A stretch of DNA of 63,984 bases, the filler included, from Octopus bimaculoides (lineage: Eukaryota): the NCBI RefSeq assembly GCF_001194135.2. It is 9 parts of 9 records of this genome, joined end to end, with 100 filler letters (N's around TTAATTAATTAA, not from the genome) between each part and the next. Parts side by side here need not be neighbours in the genome. Positions count along the whole stretch, not along the records: positions 51,922 to 56,276 come from NC_069003.1; positions 56,377 to 60,418 come from NC_069006.1; positions 60,519 to 63,984 come from NC_068982.1; 6 more parts are not named here. One strand, 5' to 3'. Positions within the stretch are counted from its first letter, which is position 1, and each line of letters starts with the position of its first letter. Below the pieces are notes generated by a model, which did no database searches, had not been told where the DNA came from, and saw only the letters and a list, made by a program, of their open reading frames with translations. This document shows, piece after piece, positions 53,398-63,984 of the stretch. A program made the translations under genes and the position numbers.

Positions 53398-53853
53398 AAT
53401 TTTCGTCACGTTGAATCTCGCCGAGGGTATGCCTGTCTGTGGAGTACTCAGTCACATGCACGTTAATTTCACGAGCAGATTGTTCCGTTGGTCGGATCTA
53501 CAGAAACAATCGTCGTCGTCGCCGACGGATTACCAGTTATACGTATAACGGTCTGCCAGGAGATTGTTTTTGTATTTTGTTTAACTCTGGGTCAACATTG
53601 ATTGAGTAAACATAAGATCAGCGACATTCCTGTCGTGACTATCCAGCCTTATTCGTTCCTACGTCGAATGCAGGAATTTCAGTTCTATATCGAACGCATC
53701 ATTTTTAAATGACGGGTCTGTGTGGTCTGTGGGAGATTGGCTGTTATTTTTAGCAGGTAGAGTAACCACCTAGATGCTCATTCGTTGACTTAAAGAGGAA
53801 AAGAAGAGGGCCAGTGGCGAGAGAAGGAAGAAATATACATAATAAATGAGTGT

Positions 53854-53899
<46 letters not shown>

Positions 53900-53968
53900 A
53901 TATGAGCTTGTATGTTTGTACTAGTATACATATATATAAATACACACACACACACACATGTATAAAGT

Positions 53969-54006
<38 letters not shown>

Positions 54007-54065
54007 TGTGTGTGCACGTGCGTAAAAGAAAGAAAGATAGATAGAATGATAGATAGACAAAAAGC

Positions 54066-54104
<39 letters not shown>

Positions 54105-54396
54105 CAGAATTGCAAAGAGGCAAAGAAAGAAAGGAGAAAAGAAGTAAAAGACAGGGAGAAGGACAACTACCAACAACAACACAACAACAACAACAATAAC
54201 AACAACAGCAACCTTCCTGGACGCGTCCTTCGTTCATTCACAGAAATATCGCTCCCGCTTATATTGCCGTCTTGATGCCAAAGTAAAAGAGAAGCTACTT
54301 TTATCAAAGACGGATTCTATATAGCAGCAGTAAATATACTCTACCCATACACACACACACATATATATACAGACACATATATACATAATTACACCA

Positions 54397-54434
<38 letters not shown>

Positions 54435-54561
54435 ATACACACACAAATACCTACAGGCGATATACTAGTATACCTAAACACAAACAACTTTCTCATACTA
54501 TAAATGTATACATAAACATATACATACATACATACATACATATATATATATACATATATAT

Positions 54562-54649
<88 letters not shown>

Positions 54650-55060
54650 GTGTATGTATATGTATATGTATATGTGTGTANNNNNNNNNNNNNNNNNNNN
54701 NNNNNNNNNNNNNNNNNNNNNNNNNNNNNNNNNNNNNNNNNNNNNNNNNNNNNNNNNNNNNNNNNNNNNNNNNNNNNNNNNNNNNNNNNNNNNNNNNNNN
54801 NNNNNNNNNNNNNNNNNNNNNNNNNNNNNNNNNNNNNNNNNNNNNNNNNNNNNNNNNNNNNNNNNNNNNNNNNNNNNNNNNNNNNNNNNNNNNNNNNNNN
54901 NNNNNNNNNNNNNNNNNNNNNNNNNNNNNNNNNNNNNNNNNNNNNNNNNNNNNNNNNNNNNNNNNNNNNNNNNNNNNNNNNNNNNNNNNNNNNNNNNNNN
55001 NNNNNNNNNNNNNNNNNNNNNNNNNNNNNNNNNNNNNNNNNNNNNNNNNNNNNNNNNNNN

Positions 55061-55121
<61 letters not shown>

Positions 55122-55447
55122 ATATATATATATACATACAAATAAATGTACGTATATGCATGTATGTATATATATAAACGTATAAATACAGGTTGTATCG
55201 TTAATGCAGATAGATGCATGCATGCGCGCATGCAGTCGTACATGCATGTATATTTATGCGTACATAAACACTTGCACAGATTCATGCTTGTAAAATGCTA
55301 TGTAAATATTTTTCTTCCCCCATACGCGAGCACTAAACATACAAATACATAGGTAGGTACGTATGTATGTATGTACGTATGTATGTATGCATGTATGTGT
55401 GTGTGTGTGTGTATGTAAATATATATATATATACACGCACACACTTG

Positions 55448-55481
<34 letters not shown>

Positions 55482-55503
55482 AACACACACTTACACACAC
55501 ATA

Positions 55504-55536
<33 letters not shown>

Positions 55537-56237
55537 TTGTTTAAACGGGGCATTTTTCATTGAGAGGAGCTAATTAAGAATTAATTGGAGATATGACAAA
55601 ATATCCCTCAAAGAAATGAGAGGCAGTGTGATGGGTGGGGGAGTTNNNNNNNNNNNNNNNNNNNNNNNNNNNNNNNNNNNNNNNNNNNNNNNNNNNNNNN
55701 NNNNNNNNNNNNNNNNNNNNNNTATATATATGCACATATACATACATGCATACATATATACATGCATGCACACACATATAAGTGCGTATAAGATATATAT
55801 GTATTTAATGTGTGTATATAACATATTTAATAGTCTGCTTACGTGTGTACATCTATGCAACTATCAATACATATGTAAATATTGGGTGGGGGTATATATA
55901 CGCACAGATATGCGTACATATAAACATACATACATACATACATACAAGCATAGAGACATGCATGCAAACAGACTGGCAGACGACGAGCCAAGGAGGGAGC
56001 CTCTAGGTGGTCGCTCGACAAGCTAGTTATGGCAGCCAAACCATTCCACAAATCAACGCGTTCCAACTTAAGAAGGAACATAAATACATGTACATTGTCT
56101 AAAGTAAGAAAAAATAAAAGCATGTGAAGGGGTGGTCACAACAGGATTGCCTGCAATCACGTTTAGTCTGGGCATGTGCAATAATAACAAGACTTATATA
56201 CACATATATATGTAGATTTTGCATGTGTGTGTATGTG

Positions 56238-56268
<31 letters not shown>

Positions 56269-56379
56269 ATATATATNNNNNNNNNNNNNNNNNNNNNNNN
56301 NNNNNNNNNNNNNNNNNNNNTTAATTAATTAANNNNNNNNNNNNNNNNNNNNNNNNNNNNNNNNNNNNNNNNNNNNAAT

Positions 56380-56550
56380 CAATTATATCAACCCCCAGTA
56401 CCCAACTGGTACTTATTTCATCGAGCCCAAAAGGATGAAAGGCAAAGCTGACTTTGGCAGGATTTGAACTCAGAATGTAAAGTTGAGAGAAATGCCGTTA
56501 AAGCCCTTTTTTTTTTTCCGACACAGTAACGATTCTGCCGGCTCACTTCC
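56380..56550 (-). mobile_element. SINE family A copy
   Basis: AACTGGTACTTATTTCATCG..AAGGATGAAAGGCAAAG..GGATTTGAACTCAGAATG. Confidence 0.8.
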
Positions 56551-57299
56551 TTCAATGATAATAATAATAATATCTTTATTTGTCACGTGGGCAAATGAAT
56601 GGGAGACTTTTACATAACTAAGTCACAGAACTGTGTGGCATTTTACAACTAGTGTGAAAAAAAAAAACAAAAAAAAAAACAATCATTATACATAATTATG
56701 ACATTGCCACTAAGCAACCAACAGACAAGCCAGCCAGACAGCCTATACACTACTATAGAACTACTATTTATAACACAAAGATATAGAGAGTGATATGATG
56801 ATGAGGATGATGATGATGACCAGTAATCTCCAACACTTCATAATGTGGAAAAAGTTGCTTGCATACACGCTGTTCTTTTGTATACTTCACAGACTTACTG
56901 CTGCTACCGCTGGTCTAACTTCTACTGCTTATACTACCAATGATGCTATTAACACTGAAACTACTACTGCTGCTGCTGCTAGTATTACTACCACTGCAAA
57001 CAACTAGTATTGTATCTGCTATTACAACTGCTGCTGTTGTCACTGCAATTCAGTAGTACCTGAATGTTACTACTAATACTAATATTAATTACTACTATCA
57101 CTCACACTCATACTATTACTGCTACAACCACACCACTGTTACTACCACTTCAACTACCAGCAGCACCACCACCACCACCGCTACTACAATCACCACCATT
57201 ACAATTACCATTACCGTGACAACAATTGCAAGAACCAATTCCATTTCTACAACTGTTACTACTATTACTATTAACACTACAACTATAAGTAATACCATT

Positions 57300-57335
<36 letters not shown>

Positions 57336-58029
57336 CACTATTACAACTACTACTACTACAAATACCACAACAACTGTAATGAAAATAATTTAGTAAAACA
57401 ATGCAATTCCAATCAAGCAAGTACAAGATAGAAAGAAAAAAAGAACAGAATAAAACAAAACATGAAACAACTGGTTATAACATAACATCCACACAGACCA
57501 GTGATGATAATGGTTGTTGTTGTTGCTGTTGTTACTATGTCAGCAATCAATAAGGAATATAATATATGGAAATTATGACAAAGGTCAATTGATAAATAAA
57601 TAATCATGAGGGAAAATAGTGGACACTTGGCAGCCTCTACATGGTTGAATTGACAGGCTGGAAACAGCAGCCAAGCTACAACTTACCACCATAGAACAGA
57701 GAGGACATATCGAATAGCGTAGTCTTGGATACACTTCCCGGAAATAAGATGAGATGATAATCGTTGGAATGCCTTGATATGCTTAGTCAAAGCTGATCTG
57801 GGACTAAACACCGATGATGACCTCTTCACAAATCAACAAGGAAGCCTTTACACAGAAGCTTGTTGTGATGGCAACAAAAACAAAACCCTGCCAATCTAAA
57901 AGAGGAGTGTAGAAAAATTCTGAGGGGTTTAGAATGCTGTTGATCATGGCTCTGCTCAATCAAGGTGGATCGGGGCTAAACAGCTACAATAACCTCTACA
58001 TACTGCAGTAGAAACGAGTTATCATCACA

Positions 58030-58900
58030 AGCACAACCACTAATATAGACTTCTTAGAAATCACACAAAACTTAGCTACCAATCTTTATAAACCATATCA
58101 GAAACCAAATGAGAGGTTAACTCATATACACACTTTTTGTCATTCACTTAGATTTCAAATATCTAGTCAAGAACCATAGTAGAATATCCAGCCTGTCATC
58201 AAATAAAAACATATTTGTTAATGCAACACTATAAAAACACAAATTCAAAGAAAAACTCACATAATACCAGAGAAGAGCAAATCAAAAACAGGCACTGCAA
58301 TTTATGGTTTACACCCCAACTCTCACTGACTTTTAAGTTACATACAGAAAAATCATTTTAGCATTAACAGATAAACATTTCCTCAGCAATATATTAGTAA
58401 AGAAATTCTTCAACAGACAAAGCCTCAGACCTAGTTACAGCCCAACCACAAACATGAAAAATATTACAGCCACACTCGAAGCCCCACTGCAAAGATAAAA
58501 TGACCTGACCACTAAATATGTCCTGCAGTGCACAGCAAGTAGAAATATATGAAACTAAAACCACATCTGCTAGGCTTAACAAGAAAAAAGATATTTTGGT
58601 ATGATGGAAAGCAAGTTCAAACAATATTACAAGCAGACTGCTTCATTCAAACATACTGACAAGAAAAGCATTATAAAATTGTCAGGTTACATCTAGAGCT
58701 TAAAAGACAGTGGCGCTCTCTTCAGTATAAAATGGTGAATACTAGAAAGACCAAAATAAAGATAAATGATGCAACATCAGCAATGAAGAAAAGAGTCTCA
58801 TCCACTGGAGAACACAAAAATCTAAGAACTACTTAAACAAGAGATCTGAAATTATCAAGAAATACAAACACTTCACAAAACACCTGTTATGCCAGTAGAA
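58030..58900 (+). mobile_element. Decayed Penelope-like element 3' half (RT C-terminus and GIY-YIG region)
   Basis: NIDFLEITQNLATNLYKPYQKPNE, LWFTPQLS, DKHF, FFNRQSLRPSYSPTTNMKNI, YFGMMESKFK, LLKQEIEIIKKYKH-like terminus; multiple stops and frameshifts. Confidence 0.75.
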
Positions 58901-60258
58901 CTTAGATTTAACTACACTAATGCCTCCAGATCAGGAACAATGACATGCCATATCACAACAGCCACAGACCTACAAGTACATCTCACACTTTGAAACTTCC
59001 TACCATGTGACTGCTTTTTTTTTCTTTCTCCCCAACTATTACAATATTTCACTCCTGATTCATTCATCTTCCCACAGATCTATTTGCCCTCACCCCATCT
59101 CACATCCATTTTATACATGTAAGATATGTCCATGTACACATACATCTGTATGTGTTATATGAACCTGTTTGTCAATGTGTGTGGAGGAAGATGGATAAAT
59201 GTCTGTGTGCACATTTTATACACATATATGTGTATATGTATGTATGTGCATGTATATATATGTGTGTGTGTGTCATGATAGATCGCTGACCACTACATTA
59301 ATATTTTTTTCTCCTTGTTTCTCTCCTTGTTTCTTTCTGCGTTACTTTCAGTTGAAGAGCGTAGGCTCGAAACATCAAAGACTTTCTCTATTCCCGAGCG
59401 TTAAACTAATACATCCATTTGTTGTTTACACCACCTGCCTTCGTCTGTTGGTTTTTTTCGTAAATTCTCCCATATATATATATATATATATATATANNNN
59501 NNNNNNNNNNNNNNNNNNNNNNNNNNNNNNNNNNNNNNNNNNNNNNNNNNNNNNNNNNNNNNNNNNNNNNNNNNNNNNNNNNNNNNNNNNNNNNNNNNNN
59601 NNNNNNNNNNNNNNNNNNNNNNNNNNNNNNNNNNNNNNNNNNNNNNNNNNNNNNNNNNNNNNNNNNNNNNNNNNNNNNNNNATATATGGTAAGGGAATAG
59701 GAATATATAATCCAGGTATTTATCTCATGAAGCACTTCTACAGATAGTAGCTATCTGAAAACTGAAAAGTGGGAAGGTGTCTTAAGATGCCACTGCACCA
59801 ATAATCTGAAAATCTAAAAGTATCAGTAAAGAATCTATCGTTTATCTGTTTCAGTCATAAGACTGTACGTTGCTGAGGTGTTGAAGAATGGAGGTAGCAA
59901 ATTGTTTATTGCTTAGTTTAAAAGTGTTTCGTTGATTTTCCACTATAAATGGTCTTGCGTCATATGGTTACCATGACAGTTACTAATTTACTTCCAAGCA
60001 CTCTGCAATTTTTCTTTCGCAAGGACATGACAGAATCAAATCCTCAGAGTGCCACAAAAAGCAATATGCTGATTGATTTTGCAATTTTGCCAACTATATT
60101 CATTCAAGCGAAATATAGGAAGAAAGAGAGTAAACTAGATGAAGGAGGAACAGCAAGAATTTGACAAGAAAATTAGCCCCATATTATCCTAATAATTAGT
60201 TTCATCCAGCTGTATCAATTAGTTTGTATCCAGCTGTGCCATCTTCCATAAATAAAGT

Positions 60259-60418
60259 GGTTAAGTGATTGGGTTAAGTGATTGGGTTAAGTGATTGGGT
60301 TAAGTGATTGGGTTAGGTGATTGGGTTAAGTGATTGGGTTAAGTGATTGGGTTAAGTGATTGGGTTAAGTGATTGGGTTAGGTGATTGGGTTAAGTGATT
60401 GGGTTAAGTGATTGGGTT
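60259..60418. repeat. 13-bp minisatellite (TTAAGTGATTGGG)n, about 12 copies, running into a gap
   Basis: Direct reading; occasional TTAGGTGATTGGG variants. Confidence 0.95.
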
Positions 60419-60535
60419 NNNNNNNNNNNNNNNNNNNNNNNNNNNNNNNNNNNNNNNNNNNNTTAATTAATTAANNNNNNNNNNNNNNNNNNNNNNNNNN
60501 NNNNNNNNNNNNNNNNNNAATAAATTTATTAGAAT

Positions 60536-60597
60536 ATTTAGCTGAAGATCAGAATAGAGTATTCTTTACTCTTAACTGTGAAACGATCGTACTAAAT
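60536..60597 (+). ncRNA. Type I hammerhead ribozyme-like motif with intact core
   Basis: AUUUAG-CUGAAGA-U-CAG..AGAGUA(UUCUU)UACUCU..CUG-U-GAAAC-GAUC-GUA-CUAAAU; 6-bp stem I and palindromic ACGAUCGU helix III. Confidence 0.7.
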
Positions 60598-61049
60598 TAA
60601 CTAAAGGCAAGTGGTTTTTACTCTTCTCTACTGTTTTTTGTTCTGTGTGTATCAAAAATATCGCTATCAATCTGGAGTAATAATTTGTAGTTTTGAAATC
60701 AGTAGTTCTTTGACTGCTATTTCTGAATTCTCAGTATGTTGGAGAAGCAGGTTACTGTCAATCCCTATATATTTATGATTATAAATGTTTTTTACCGAAA
60801 AGGTTTTTTCATACTGAGCTACCCGGCAAAATTGTTAATTATTAATTTTATTACTAATTGACGATTCCCTGCCCTGCATATCTATATTTTAATATATATA
60901 TATATATATTTGCAATCTGTGTAGCTTAAACACACACACACATGTATATACTTAACAATATGTAAAACACACCACAAATTTGCTTTATCAAAATATTTTA
61001 TCCTACCAGAATAATAATAATAATAGGCTTCTTAACCTGCTATAAACGT

Positions 61050-61700
61050 TAACTAGCCCTCTTGTATATTATAAATAAATTTTATATCACATGGAGGCAA
61101 AAGCTTAATGTTTTTTACGATTTCAGATAATCATACCCTCTCAGTTTGTTTGAAACTAATCCTACACTCGGCTCAATCTTAAAACTTAAGTATGGATTTA
61201 TACAAAATGATTTTCTTCCAAATTAAACAATTATATTAGCAGATTAGGTTATTGGATTCTTTCATGTTGTTGTTTGTCAATATAGTGGACATAGTTTTGA
61301 AACTTTCCTTTATTGGTATTTTTAGTCTTCTATTGCTGAGAAAATTTGGCTTGTGGCGAAATTGACTTTTCAAAAGAAATTTATAACAAAATAAAACCGA
61401 GTTTTTTCTTTATCTTTTCTTTTTCTAACTTTCCTTTGTACTGGTGTCCAAACCAAAACGATTTCCAATGTAGATTCAAGAATCTATTAAGAGTTCATCT
61501 ATTTAAAACGTCTTCTGATGTTATTTCACGTTCTCAGAATATCTACTTCTTTTAATTCAATATTTTTCTGTTAGCAGAAAATATAAGAGATTCTTTCCCT
61601 ACTTCAAAGTGTTGGATACACAACACTTCAAGTATTTCAAGGTGAAACACAGTATAAGTGAGTTCTTCCTAAAAGTCGATAGATAAATACATGTATAAAT
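61050..61700 (-). mobile_element. Very decayed Penelope-like relic (tentative)
   Basis: Weak PLE-like peptides on the minus strand (GRTHLY, IKIPIKESFKTM, SANII); many stops. Confidence 0.3.
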
Positions 61701-62329
61701 AGATAAATAACATTACTTAAAGTGTTTGGTCAATAACTAAAGAAAACATCTCAATAGTTGCTCTCTTTGCTAAGATCGAAGTCAATTGATTACGTATTAA
61801 ATTTTAATTCAGCCCTCTTTAATCTGAATACCCAGCCGTGAAGTATTTGAATTACGTTATATATTGAAGTAATTCTATAAATTCATTATTTATGAAGTTA
61901 TTAGATTTTGTTTGCGATTCGGTGGAATGTCTGAAGAAAATTCTAAACAAATAATTGTCGTTTGAAATATATCTCAAACAAGTAGCAGTACCTGGGTTTG
62001 CCCGAGTTTATTAAAAAAAACAAAATATAGCACCGCGAATTTACCATATTTTGCATAAATTGTCTTTAAGAGATACTGAGAAGCATCAGTTTCTTAAAGA
62101 ATGTTGATTCCTTCATATCTGTTCCATCTGAGCAATTCGAAAGATAGTTCAGACTAAGTTTCATAAAATTGCGCAAAAAAATAAACAACCAAAGAATCCA
62201 AACTAAAATTCTGCCCGCATATTCTTTTTCTGGAAAAACACACTTTAAATGAATTATTTTTCTAATTGGTATCTTCCCGCAATGTCTATTGTGGTGCTTA
62301 ACATTTCAGAAAAATGATCTGCTTCATAG

Positions 62330-62507
62330 GCGCAGGCGTGACTGTGTGGTAAAATGTTTAATTCCCACTAATACGGCTCCGGGTACAGTTCCACTGTGTG
62401 GCACATTGGGCATGTGTCTTCTATTATAGCCCCAGGCTCGACCAAAGCATTGCGAGTATATTTGGTGGCTAGAAACTGAAAGAAGTCTGTCGTGTGTGTG
62501 TGTGTGA

Positions 62508-62543
<36 letters not shown>

Positions 62544-62746
62544 TTTTATTTGTTTCAGTCATGTGACTGCGGCCATGCTGGAGCACCGCACCGCCTTTAG
62601 CCGAGCAAATCGACCCCAGGACTTATTCTTTGTAAGCCTAGTACTTATTCTATCTGGTATCTTTTGCCGAACTGCTAAGTTACGGGGACGTAAACACACG
62701 ACCATCGGTTGTCAAGTGATGGTAGGGGGAAAACACAGACACACAA

Positions 62747-62826
<80 letters not shown>

Positions 62827-62988
62827 GAGGGCTTCTTGCAGTTTCCGCCTACCAAGTCCACTCACAAGGGTTTGGTAGGCCCGAGGCTATAGTAGAAGAC
62901 ACTTACCCAAGGTACCACGCAGTGGGACTGAACCCGGAGACATGTGGGTGGTAAGCAAGCTACTTACCGCACAGCCTCTCCTGCGCCT
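62330..62988. mobile_element. SINE family B (+, 62330-62750) and an inverted family B head (-, 62824-62988) around (CA)n
   Basis: GGCGCAGGCGTGACTGTGTGGTAA... and ...TTACCGCACAGCCTCTCCTGCGCC. Confidence 0.85.
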
Positions 62989-63005
62989 TTTGCATATATA
63001 TACAA

Positions 63006-63372
63006 AAAACTAGTTTAAAATAATGGTCATTACATATAATTCCTTTATTTGAGCAAATTTGGCTCACAGCTGTTTCCAGTAATCATTATAGGTACATTGC
63101 TGATAGGTTTACTCAAGTGGTCTGTTGATCAAGTGATGAAAACTGAACGACTTAAGAAAATTAATGCTACTTTCGTCAGCCATTTCTGGATATAGTTCTG
63201 ACGAAAGTAGCATTAATTTTCTTAGGTCGTTCAATTTGCTTCAATTGTTCAATAGACCAATTGAGGAAACCTATCATTATTTGTACCTATAATAACTCCT
63301 GGAAACAGTTGTAAGCTAAATTTTCTCAAATAAAGGAATTATATGTAATGACTATTATCTTTAACTTGTTTC
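63006..63372. ncRNA. Foldback element with two back-to-back hammerhead-like motifs
   Basis: Plus arm: TAGTT-CTGACGA (63198-63204)...GAAAC (63302-63306)-AGTT-GTA-AGCTA. Minus arm: CTGACGA (63179-63173)...GAAAC (63076-63072)-AGCT-GTG. Confidence 0.7.
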
Positions 63373-63984
63373 TTATATATCACTCTGTGAAAAAACCAGT
63401 TTTTCTGGAGCCCATCCACGAATTTACAATATAGAATTGTGATGATCCATGACCTGGGATCCGACCAAAGATTACCTGAAGTTCTTCACCAATCTAAGTA
63501 ATATTGTTAGCCTAGTGTGCCAAGAGAGAGAGAGAGCTTATGAAATATTTTGCCCGGATCGATGATCCCTCATTATTTGTTCTGTTACACACACACACAT
63601 ATATATACCGGAAGAAATCCCTAATTACCTCCCCCTATCTAGAACTCTTCTTTTTCAGACTGGAGCGAACATGTTACAATGAAGTAGAGAAATTTGAAAA
63701 GACAACACGAAACCGGTTATTTCTCAAAATACAATGTTTATATACCAAAAAGATTTTATAACGTATTTCTAACATTTTTCTGACATAATTTAATTATATA
63801 CTTAAACCATGTAACACAAGCCTTCTATAGTTTTTTCACTCTTATTATCTTATATATATATATCCCCTCTCTCTCACTCTCTTTCTCTTCCTTTCTTTCT
63901 CCCCCCCCATACCCCTCTTCCCTCTCTCTCACTCTCTTTCTCTTCCTCTCTTTCTCTTCCTCTCTTTCTCTTCCTCTCTTTCTC

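Noticed and set aside
55839-56123. KLERV/LWNGL peptide suggesting a CR1/L2 LINE tail
   Set aside because: Only two short motifs, insufficient for a call.
56795-57431. Thr/Ala-rich mucin-like ORFs
   Set aside because: They derive from degenerate (ACT/ACC/GCT)n trinucleotide repeats, with no splice or homology support.

Overview
Eukaryotic, repeat-dense animal genomic DNA with many microsatellites, SINEs and N gaps. The repeat families and microsatellite load resemble an octopod cephalopod (Octopus-like); this is inference from recalled repeat consensuses, not a database search. The only confidently supported host gene is the 5' part of mitochondrial alanyl-tRNA synthetase (AARS2): two minus-strand coding exons at 14089-13868 and 13405-13217 with canonical GT-AG junctions. 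The rest is decayed mobile DNA: several tRNA-headed and RTE-type SINE families, mariner transposase relics and MITEs, R4/Dong-like restriction-like-endonuclease LINE fragments, and Penelope-like element (PLE) relics. Eight identical 44N+TTAATTAATTAA+44N spacers are artificial assembly joins, so adjacency across them is not reliable. The most interesting signal is a set of type I hammerhead-ribozyme-like motifs (CUGANGA...GAAAC-short palindromic loop-GUH). Three unrelated ~330-370 bp foldback elements (21.7, 26.5 and 63.0 kb) each carry two divergently oriented copies, one per strand, and solo copies occur at 10.7, 25.7 and 60.5 kb. All folds were done by eye. Almost all long ORFs in the supplied track are microsatellite or N-gap artefacts.
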